Source of the DNA: Synechococcus elongatus PCC 6301
GTDB taxonomy: Bacteria > Cyanobacteriota > Cyanobacteriia > Synechococcales > Synechococcaceae
Assembly: GCF_000010065.1 (NCBI RefSeq)
Contig: NC_006576.1
Span: 2,070,001 to 2,102,000, forward strand
Length of the DNA stretch: 32,000 nt
Direction: 5' to 3'
Position 1 is the first letter of the stretch, and the number at the start of each line of letters is the position of its first letter. The position numbers and the translations under genes were made by a program. Positions 18,860 to 26,466 of the stretch are shown here, piece by piece. Below the pieces are notes generated by a model, which saw only the letters and a program-made list of their open reading frames with translations, was not told where the DNA came from and searched no databases.

Positions 18860-20122
18860 TTAAAACTGGAGTCTTTGCGCCACCGTCTGTACGTCTTTAT
18901 CGCCACGTCCCGAGCAGTTGATCACCAAGTTGGGATTGCCGCTCAAGGTTGGACAGAGCTTCTCAAGGTGAGCAAAAGCGTGGGCTGTTTCCAGCGCCGG
19001 AATGATGCCCTCCAGTCGCGAAATTCGTTGGAACGCTTCGAGTGCTTCGTCATCGGTGACGCTGTAGTACTCGGCACGCCCCGCATCCATCAGGTAGCTG
19101 TGCTCAGGGCCCACACCGGGGTAGTCCAGACCAGCGCTGATTGAGTGGGCTTCGATCACCTGCCCATCGTCATCTTGGAGCAGGTAGCTCATCGCTCCAT
19201 GTAGGACGCCGACGCGGCCTTTAGTCAGCGTGGCGGCATGTTCCGGCGTATCAACGCCGCGACCGGCAGCTTCCACGCCAATTAATCGCACCGAAGGCTC
19301 ATTAACGAACTCGTTGAACAGACCCATGGCATTCGAGCCACCGCCAACACAGGCCAGCAGAATATCTGGCAGGCCGCCCCAGAGTGTCTGGGCTTGCTGG
19401 CGCACTTCGCGGCCAATCATGCTGTGGAACTCCCGCACGATCATCGGGTAGGGGTGCGGGCCTGCTACTGAACCGAGGATGTAGTGCGTCGTTTCGACGT
19501 TGGTCACCCAGTCGCGAATTGCTTCGGAAGTGGCATCTTTGAGCGTTCCAGAGCCTGCTGCCACACCCCGCACTTCCGCGCCCATCAAACGCATCCGGAA
19601 GACGTTAAGAGCCTGGCGCTCCATGTCATGGACGCCCATGTAGATCACGCACTCCAGACCAAAGCGGGCGCAGACCGTCGCTGTGGCTACGCCATGCTGA
19701 CCTGCGCCGGTTTCCGCAATGATCCGCTTTTTGCCCATGCGCTTGGCCATCAAAGCCTGACCCAGGGCATTGTTAATTTTGTGGGCGCCCGTGTGGTTGA
19801 GGTCTTCGCGCTTCAGGTAGATGTTGGGGCCTTGACCGTCGGGACGGCGGTAGTATTCCGTCAGTCGCTCGGCGAAGTAGAGCGGGTTGGGGCGACCGAC
19901 GTAGTCGCGTAGCAGTCCTTCAAATTCCGCTTGAAACTCGGGGTCGCGGCTATAGCGAGCAAAGGCTTGTTCCAGCTCTGCCAAGGCTGGCATCAGGGTT
20001 TCGGGCACGTATTGGCCGCCAAAGCGACCAAAGCGCCCTAGTGGATCGGGCCGTTCGCCCAAGTTTGCGATCGCGTTGGCCCACGCGTTGGTGGTGGATG
20101 GATTGACCGGCGTTTGTGTCAC
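18860..20122 (-). CDS. trpB: Tryptophan synthase beta subunit
   Basis: 420 aa. [37 protein letters not shown] (PLP Lys), [24 protein letters not shown]. Confidence 0.96.
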   Translation of the reverse strand: MTQTPVNPSTTNAWANAIANLGERPDPLGRFGRFGGQYVPETLMPALAELEQAFARYSRDPEFQAEFEGLLRDYVGRPNPLYFAERLTEYYRRPDGQGPNIYLKREDLNHTGAHKINNALGQALMAKRMGKKRIIAETGAGQHGVATATVCARFGLECVIYMGVHDMERQALNVFRMRLMGAEVRGVAAGSGTLKDATSEAIRDWVTNVETTHYILGSVAGPHPYPMIVREFHSMIGREVRQQAQTLWGGLPDILLACVGGGSNAMGLFNEFVNEPSVRLIGVEAAGRGVDTPEHAATLTKGRVGVLHGAMSYLLQDDDGQVIEAHSISAGLDYPGVGPEHSYLMDAGRAEYYSVTDDEALEAFQRISRLEGIIPALETAHAFAHLEKLCPTLSGNPNLVINCSGRGDKDVQTVAQRLQF

Positions 20123-20226
20123 GATCGGCTCTGAACCCCAGGCAGAACGTCAGTTGCTTCCATTGTGCCACTGGTCAGAGAAGCCCAGAAACAGGACGGG
20201 GAACGGACGCACGGAGAACTCATCCC

Positions 20227-20562
20227 TTGGCTCAAAAGAAAAATAGCGATCGCATTGTTTGGCGCGAGTTTGGTAGTCAGGATGCTGCGTTGGAACGAGG
20301 GCAGCCCGATCGCCCGCCCGCTCAGCATGATCTCCGCATCCAGTGCAGCCGTAAGGGGCGCGGCGGCAAAACCGTGACGATCATCACGGGCTTCCAGCAT
20401 CGGCCAGAAACGCTGGCGAGCCTGTGCAAAAAACTGAAGGCGCGTTGTGGCAGTGGCGGTACCGTTAAGGACGACACGATCGAGATTCAGGGCGACCACC
20501 GTCAAACCCTGCTAGAGGCACTCAAGGGCTTGGGCTACGGTGCAAAACTGAGCGGCGGCTGA
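20227..20562 (+). CDS. SUI1/YciH family translation initiation factor-like protein
   Basis: C-terminal SUI1 signature KTVTIITGFQHRPETLASLCKKLKARCGSGGTVKDDTIEIQGDHRQTLLEALKGLGY. Proposed TTG start at 20227 (LAQKKNSDRIVWREFG) preceded by GGAGAA. The ORF track ATG at 20116 overlaps trpB. Confidence 0.85.
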   Translation: MAQKKNSDRIVWREFGSQDAALERGQPDRPPAQHDLRIQCSRKGRGGKTVTIITGFQHRPETLASLCKKLKARCGSGGTVKDDTIEIQGDHRQTLLEALKGLGYGAKLSGG

Positions 20563-20999
20563 AGCTCTGCGCTGGCTTTTTCCTGCAGGAGTCGGCCTGC
20601 TTCCAGAGCTGGTAGGGGGATTCCCTTTTCGGTGGGAATGTAGATCACGGTGCGATCGCTTTGGTTTTGGCTCTCAGCGACACTTGTAATCCAAAGCCAC
20701 TGCAGATAGACCTCGTTCTCTTTCAGGGAATTGCCAATGATTTGGTTGGACTGGGCTAAACCCCGCGCCCGTTCAACTTCGGCTTGGGCTTGAAGTTTGG
20801 CGCTATCCAATTTGGCTTGTGCTTCAAGGACGGCGATGCGGCGAGTGTATTCCGCTTCTTTGAGCTGGGCTTCACCGCGTAGCTTTTGCACATAAATCCC
20901 GTACTGCGGCCCTAGTCCGAGCCAAAGACCAATCAGTAGAACGAGGGACAAGGCGATCGCCAGAATCGGACGCCAAGACGGAGGTGTATTTTTAGTCAT
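20535..20999 (-). CDS. Hypothetical single-TM protein with Ala/Gln/Glu-rich coiled coil (SPFH/prohibitin-like character)
   Basis: 154 aa. N-terminal TM LAIALSLVLLIGLWLGLG, then EAQLKEAEYTRRIAVLEAQAKLDSAKLQAQAEVERARGLAQSNQIIGNSLKENEVYLQWLW. Confidence 0.75.
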   Translation of the reverse strand: MTKNTPPSWRPILAIALSLVLLIGLWLGLGPQYGIYVQKLRGEAQLKEAEYTRRIAVLEAQAKLDSAKLQAQAEVERARGLAQSNQIIGNSLKENEVYLQWLWITSVAESQNQSDRTVIYIPTEKGIPLPALEAGRLLQEKASAELQPPLSFAP

Positions 21000-21377
21000 T
21001 GCGCTAACTGCAACTGTAGCAAAACTGCCCCTGTTGTAGCTGATTTAGGCTTGAAGCTAGATGAGCTAGCTATTTGGACATGAGCGACGCGACACTGTAC
21101 TGCTTTGATGCTATTCCACCCATTTCAAGGCGCGATCTTAGCTTTGTTGACTACAGGAAATGCACAAAGTAGACACCAAACTATTAAGGCTTCCTCACAA
21201 ACATTGTGGTGACTTTCACTTAATCATCTCCAGATAATCGTTTGGTTTTGAGCTAATTGAAAACTCCAGCAAAGTAACGATCTCGTTGTGTGTGTTGATC
21301 GTTAGTCAATGGATTTAATAAACAATAGTAACTATTGCGCCTTTAGAAACTAATGATTAGAAAAAATTTGTTAAAGC

Positions 21378-21731
21378 TTACTCTGGAGAAACGAGTTTAT
21401 ATCCTGCATCAGACGGCGACACGACAGAAATAAAAATCAATGGCTCGTCACCATTGTTGAACACTCCATGTACACAGCCAGTGGGAGCAATTACCACGTC
21501 TCCTGCAGCAATCGCCTTCTTCGTTCCTTCTGCATCCAGACAATATTCTCCCTTCCCACTCAAAATAGTCCAGGTATCTTGTCCATGAGGATGGATATGC
21601 GAATGGATTTCCTGCCCTGGCTTGATATACCAACCTACAACAACAGCTTCCTTAGATTCAGTTATGACTGATCGAATAGGCTCTTCGTCGGCTGGCCGAA
21701 AAAAATCAGTAGCTCTGTATATTCTGCTCAT
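21378..21731 (-). CDS. Cupin domain protein
   Basis: 117 aa. HSHIHPHGQDTWTILSGKGEY and VVIAPTGCVHGVFNNGDEPLIFISVVSP match cupin motifs 1 and 2. Confidence 0.88.
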   Translation of the reverse strand: MSRIYRATDFFRPADEEPIRSVITESKEAVVVGWYIKPGQEIHSHIHPHGQDTWTILSGKGEYCLDAEGTKKAIAAGDVVIAPTGCVHGVFNNGDEPLIFISVVSPSDAGYKLVSPE

Positions 21732-22122
21732 ACCTAACTTTTCTCTTTGTTCCAGATCAAAAACAACGTAGGTGGAAAGAATAGACTGATCTCACAAGGC
21801 TTTTTGTGTTGCTGACAACATTTCAGTGACTCAGATTTGATTGAATGCTAGGCGATTTAATCTCACTGTTTCTATACAAGTGATGCAAGCTAAATACCAT
21901 TCCAGTTGAGCAGCTGCAAACAGCTTCAGTATGACCAATAAGATCTCTTTTCAGTTTGCTCTAACTGGGTTGTTGGCTAGGAGTAAATCTGATGAGAAAT
22001 AGCTCTGTAGATACTGTAAAGCAAGGCGTTTCGTTTCTATCACTAGATGCTGCCGAAATGATTGTTCTTGACCAAGGGCAAGCCATAGTAACGTGCCGAT
22101 CGCTTTAACCAACACAAAGGCT

Positions 22123-22222
22123 ATCGCCTAATTCAACCCTCAAGGTTTATCAGCCGTAGCCGTCTTTTTCGTAGTAATTCAGTGCGGCAAGGACTTGGAG
22201 AATCATTAGCTAGCGATCGCGA
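22123..22222. repeat. Copy A of a ~100-bp direct repeat (partner at 23779..23877)
   Basis: atcgcctaattcaaccctcaaggtttatcagccgtagccgtctttttcgtagtaattcagtgcggcaaggacttggagaatcattagctagcgatcgcga. Nearly collinear with copy B. Confidence 0.85.
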
Positions 22223-22287
22223 ACATCGTTTAGTTACACAGGTCAGTGCTGCTTTAAACTTCTGTTCGACGTCACCTAGCCCACGGA

Positions 22288-22695
22288 TCACTCCTTAAAA
22301 GCTTTCGCCCAGTAATACGGCTGGACCTCCCCAAGCGTCTTGGCGATCCACCTGCGAGCATCTTGAGCGGTGGGCGTGGCGACCTCCACGCTCTCTCCCC
22401 AGTGAAATAGGCGCTCCTGACAGATTCCACACGGGGTCAGGATCATAATTGGGCCATCGCCCGACAACCGCGAGACGCACACCGAAGCCGTGATCCGTTT
22501 GTCTAACTTCACTGCTTCACAGATGGCGCCCGTTTCGGCACACAATCCACCCCCGCCCCACTCAGGCTGGAAGACAACGCTCGTTAGGATCTGACCGTCG
22601 TCCGTGTATAAAGCTGCCGCAATCCCTTCTGCCATTGGAAAGCGTTGTTCCAAGAGATCAATGGCAGCGTCGACTAGCGCTTGGTCAAGCTTCAT
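22288..22695 (-). CDS. Cytidine deaminase-like / blasticidin-S-deaminase-like zinc deaminase
   Basis: Internal Met start MKLDQALVDAAIDLLEQRFP. Zinc-site motifs LCAETGAICEA and TPCGICQERL. Confidence 0.82.
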   Translation of the reverse strand: MKLDQALVDAAIDLLEQRFPMAEGIAAALYTDDGQILTSVVFQPEWGGGGLCAETGAICEAVKLDKRITASVCVSRLSGDGPIMILTPCGICQERLFHWGESVEVATPTAQDARRWIAKTLGEVQPYYWAKAFKE

Positions 22696-22816
22696 CGCTA
22701 TCTCCTCATTCTGTTGCATTGCCACTTCTCGGCAGCTCAACGTTCCGCTTCAGCCGCTGCGACGCTCTCTCACTCCTAACCGATACCCTTGATACGGTCG
22801 GTGTGCAAGCGGATTG

Positions 22817-23428
22817 TTACGCGTTTTCTCTCGCCATTTTTACGTAGCCAGGAATGCTCTCAAAATCTTTGAACCATCGCTGAATATTTTTGTACTCTGA
22901 CAAATCAAAGCCACCCTCATGGGCGACATGCGTGTATGCATACAAACTGATATCAGCAATGGATGCATTCACACCAAGGAAAAATCTATTTTCAGCTAAA
23001 TGTTGTTCCATCACGGTAAGAGCCTTATGCCCACCAGCTTGCTTCGCGTGATATTCTGCTTCCCGCTCTTTGGGTAATCCCAAGTACTTATTGATGTATC
23101 TTGCTGTTGCAATATATGGCTCGTGACTATATTGCTCAAAAAACTGCCACTGTAAGACTTTAGCCCTTTCATACTTTTCTTGTGGCAGAAATTCAGTTCC
23201 TTCCGCAAGGTAATTCAAGATTGCATTAGACTCCCATAGATACTTGCCATCATCCAACTCTACGACTGGTATTCTTGCATTTGGATTCATCCGCTTAAAT
23301 TCTTTGGTATGAGTTTCGTTAGCAAGTATGTCAACATGAACCCATTGATGGGGCATATCAATAAATTGCATCAGTAATTTGATCTTGTAGCAGTTCCCAG
23401 ACAACATATCTCCGAAAACCTTATACAT
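22817..23428 (-). CDS. Glutathione S-transferase family protein
   Basis: 203 aa. Thioredoxin-like N-terminal domain MYKVFGDMLSGNCYKIKLLMQF, IPVVELDDGKYLWESNAILNYLA, and C-terminal helical domain FFLGVNASIADISLYAYTH. Confidence 0.93.
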   Translation of the reverse strand: MYKVFGDMLSGNCYKIKLLMQFIDMPHQWVHVDILANETHTKEFKRMNPNARIPVVELDDGKYLWESNAILNYLAEGTEFLPQEKYERAKVLQWQFFEQYSHEPYIATARYINKYLGLPKEREAEYHAKQAGGHKALTVMEQHLAENRFFLGVNASIADISLYAYTHVAHEGGFDLSEYKNIQRWFKDFESIPGYVKMARENA

Positions 23429-23530
23429 ATGCTTTTTGTCCTCAACTCACGTATTCTTCATGGTCAACTAACTTTACAACTTTTCTTGTCCGCGTAATGC
23501 ATAACATATATATCTCCGGCTAATGCTTGG

Positions 23531-23722
23531 ATGTCTACTTGTATATCTATAGATGAAATTATTGATGACTTTCCTGATCTAACAGAAGCTGATATCAGAT
23601 TCATCGATCAGCTGATTGAGGTTGCTACACGCCTCAGTAGCAGTAATCCTGATCATGACAAACCTCTACGCATGCTCAACTCTTCATCAAGAGTACGCTT
23701 TCCGGTACTTACGGCAAGTTAA
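23531..23722 (+). pseudogene. Remnant of a DUF433-family (antitoxin-like) gene, C-terminal part only
   Basis: ISIDEIIDDFPDLTEADIRFIDQLIE matches the usual DUF433 C-terminal pattern (G-MS-DEIL-DYPDLT-EDI). The N-terminal half is missing in the same frame upstream. Confidence 0.5.
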
Positions 23723-23778
23723 CCGTCGCGCACAACGCTAGCTGAGATATATGGGTGTAGATGGGCTCGTTGATGGCG

Positions 23779-23877
23779 ATCGCCCAATTCAACCCTCAGG
23801 GTTTGTTGCCCGTAGCCGTCTTTTTCGCAGTAATCCGGTGCGGCAAGGACTTGGAGAATCGTTGGCTAGCGATCGCG
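23779..23877. repeat. Copy B of the ~100-bp direct repeat (partner at 22123..22222), flanked by HIP1 sites
   Basis: atcgcccaattcaaccctcagggtttgttgcccgtagccgtctttttcgcagtaatccggtgcggcaaggacttggagaatcgttggctagcgatcgcg. Confidence 0.85.
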
Positions 23878-24070
23878 CCATTCAAAATCGGGTCGCCTGA
23901 TCAGGGGACCGCAGGCAAAAAACCTAGGTGCGATCGCCATCTGTAAGTGAAGCTCAATAAAATGATAAACTATCAAAGCTTTCGCGGAAAAGCAGCAGCG
24001 TAAACCTAGGTATTTACAGATAATCTCTAGCTGCTTTCTTCCTGAGAGTTCCAGTAGTACAACGGTAAAT

Positions 24071-25096
24071 TTAGCTAACTTTTCTAGCTTCTATAATGTT
24101 TTTCTCAATGCTTTTAACAACAAAGGGAGATATCTTTGTATGTCTAGGAACAGGAGTAATTCCCTTCGATTGAGGATGCTGCCAAATTTCGTGTCCACCT
24201 CCTTCTCTAATTTTTATGAATCCTTCTCTTTGTAATAACCGGATAATTTCTGATTTCGACAACTCAGAAAATTTAACTATAGAAAAGTTTGATTTGCGAT
24301 TAAAATTTTCTTGAACTTTGGCTTCAAAATTAAGAATCGAATCCTCAAAAAAGGAGCTATATTCGTTAGCAGCAGAAGTTAGGATTTTGTAAACTGGTTC
24401 AACAAGACTGAGGGTTTTGATATTTCTTATCTTGACTTGATAATCTTTAATATAGTGTGACTTCTCAAGCTTTTCTTTAATCTTCTTTTCTAGGTTGTCA
24501 ATCTTAATTGATCCATGTTTGCTAGCCATATTTTCGGTGGATGTAATAATTGACCAATAAATAGATTTTATGTATTCATAAATATTTCTGTCAGTCTTAT
24601 TAGGCAAGATAATAACTATACGAGAGCTATCAAAGCTTGCCCAAAGAACGATCGCTGGTAATTCAGACAAGTTAATCCCAAACCCTTTAGCAGCAATTCG
24701 AGCCGCTTCATGTGCCTGTTTTTTGCCGCAAAAAAGAGTAGAGAGCCAATCGTTACTATCTGCCATGTAAGCATCAATGTCTTCTGCCCCTAACTCCTGC
24801 AAAAAGGCTCTTATTCTGTTGTGAGCGGGTTTTAAAATCTCTTCTATGTATACATGATTAGAATGCAAGAATTTAATGTTTGGGGTATAAGGCAAGTAAA
24901 TATTAGGAGTACGACCTGTTCGGTTATGTAGCCACCAAGCGAGTTGAGGGTTTTGATCGCTTAATGCTGTATCCCATTCATCCAATTCACAATCATGCAA
25001 AAGAAGCGAAGATGACCATATTTTACTGTAATGCTGCCTCAAATGAGAAATAAATCCAGAAACAGCAAAATAAGAAAGGTCAGGAATTGGAATCAT
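24071..25096 (-). CDS. Large protein of unknown function with C-terminal HicA-like (YcfA) dsRBD-fold toxin domain
   Basis: 341 aa. The last ~65 residues, SKSEIIRLLQREGFIKIREGGGHEIWQHPQSKGITPVPRHTKISPFVVKSIEKNI, match the HicA layout, including the Gly-x-His active-site region. The ~270-aa N-terminal part is unrecognised. Confidence 0.75.
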   Translation of the reverse strand: MIPIPDLSYFAVSGFISHLRQHYSKIWSSSLLLHDCELDEWDTALSDQNPQLAWWLHNRTGRTPNIYLPYTPNIKFLHSNHVYIEEILKPAHNRIRAFLQELGAEDIDAYMADSNDWLSTLFCGKKQAHEAARIAAKGFGINLSELPAIVLWASFDSSRIVIILPNKTDRNIYEYIKSIYWSIITSTENMASKHGSIKIDNLEKKIKEKLEKSHYIKDYQVKIRNIKTLSLVEPVYKILTSAANEYSSFFEDSILNFEAKVQENFNRKSNFSIVKFSELSKSEIIRLLQREGFIKIREGGGHEIWQHPQSKGITPVPRHTKISPFVVKSIEKNIIEARKVS

Positions 25097-25500
25097 TTTT
25101 GAGTTAACACTTAGAGGTTAATATATAATCGCAGAATTTTACAGTCTCATGATAAGAGCTTGCTACCGAGAGACTTAAATAGCTAGCTAACATATACATC
25201 TCTGACTAATAACTGAATCTCTACTTTAGCCAAGGCTTTCTCCTTTGCTTCATAAAGCAGTACCCCGTTAGGGTTGAATAATCACCACCTTGTAGATTAG
25301 TCCTCTTGTCAAGACTTTGATCTGGCTTAATGGACACCAACACTCCTACCCCCAGACCCAGAAAGCTCCTGGAGCACATCACTAACGTGCTCTAGGTCAA
25401 ACACTGCTCCTACCCAACTGAGAAGGTTTATCTTCTTTGGCTCTGTCGCTGTATCCTATTGCACCATAAGCAACACCCAAGGGAGAGAAGCGACGGAGAG

Positions 25501-25635
25501 GTCAATGCCTTGCTCTGTGGGATGTAGATCAGGGTGCGATCGCTCTGGTTCTGACTTTCAGCCACGCTGGTAGTCCAGATCCACTGGAGATAAACCTCGT
25601 TCTCTTTCTAAGAATTGCCAATGAATCGCGCAGAC
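25501..25635 (-). pseudogene. Truncated, stop-containing remnant paralogous to the gene at 20535..20999
   Basis: Minus-strand translation FIGNS*KENEVYLQWIWTTSVAESQNQSDRTLIYIP, compared with IIGNSLKENEVYLQWLWITSVAESQNQSDRTVIYIP in the intact gene. Confidence 0.88.
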
Positions 25636-25735
25636 GGGACGCCATGAAGGCGATATGTTTCCAGTCATTTCTCTGACTGCAGATAAGGCAAAACTGTTAC
25701 TTACATAGGCAATCGCTCCCTAAAATTCATAGGAT

Positions 25736-26305
25736 TTACGAATGTAGCAGTTGCCATGCTTTATAAAAATTGTTTCTTAAGTGTGATTCAGATTTATCAC
25801 GGATTGTCATTACATAATTTGAAAAATGTTGGTCAATACTATCGACCAATGAATATCTGTCAACAAGAATAAACTGAATCGAGTTGTCTTGAGAGTTGAT
25901 CATGAGCCTAAAGGTAGGCGAGCCATCCTGAAGTAAAACTTTTGTTCGCGTCATCCCAAAGTGAGAAAGTCCACAACGTCCATCTTTATAGAGAATTTTA
26001 ATAAACTCATCCCATATTGACTGCTGATATTGACTTGGCTTGGGAAAAACAGAATTGAAACCTTCTGCGAAAAATTCCTTTGATCTCTTGTAGCTATCTT
26101 CACCCCTGAAAAAGATTGTATAACTTTCAAAATAAGCAAGCGCTGTTTGTAAGACACCGAACCCTGCGTGCTCATGATGATTCAAAATCCTTCCGCAATT
26201 TATTAGCCATCCCCTGACCTTATCTTCATAAACATCTACAATGTCCTCCAACAAACCCGAGTCTAATTTGGTCGAATAATACTTGGGACTAATCTTAAAA
26301 GCCAT
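25736..26305 (-). CDS. Hypothetical protein
   Basis: 189-aa ORF with coherent composition (FESYTIFFRGEDSYKRSKEFFAEGFNSVFPKPSQYQQSIWDEFIKILYKDGRCGLSHFGM). No family named with certainty. Confidence 0.7.
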   Translation of the reverse strand: MAFKISPKYYSTKLDSGLLEDIVDVYEDKVRGWLINCGRILNHHEHAGFGVLQTALAYFESYTIFFRGEDSYKRSKEFFAEGFNSVFPKPSQYQQSIWDEFIKILYKDGRCGLSHFGMTRTKVLLQDGSPTFRLMINSQDNSIQFILVDRYSLVDSIDQHFSNYVMTIRDKSESHLRNNFYKAWQLLHS

Positions 26306-26466
26306 TCCAGTTATTCCTCTGGGTTTGTTGTTATCTTAGCTACCTAGTTTATTAAGTGTGTTTGTTTTCCAAGGTGAAGGATCAACAAAGAAAAACTCCA
26401 AGAGTACCGTTAGCATAAGTACCTCTTGGAGTTGTTGGGATATGTTCGAATTGCCCTAGGCTCTAG

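Noticed and set aside
19484-19912. 142-aa plus-strand ORF
   Set aside because: It is antisense to trpB and shows no independent domain signal.
25389-25410. GAGCAC...GTGCTC inverted repeat in the long intergenic region
   Set aside because: Only 6 bp arms with no T-tract or recognisable context. Compatible with chance.
25197-25500. Possible transposon or gene remnant in the 25.2-25.5 kb spacer
   Set aside because: Manual translation gave short fragments (e.g. LLYEAKEKALAKVEIQLLVRD) but nothing I could match to a family.
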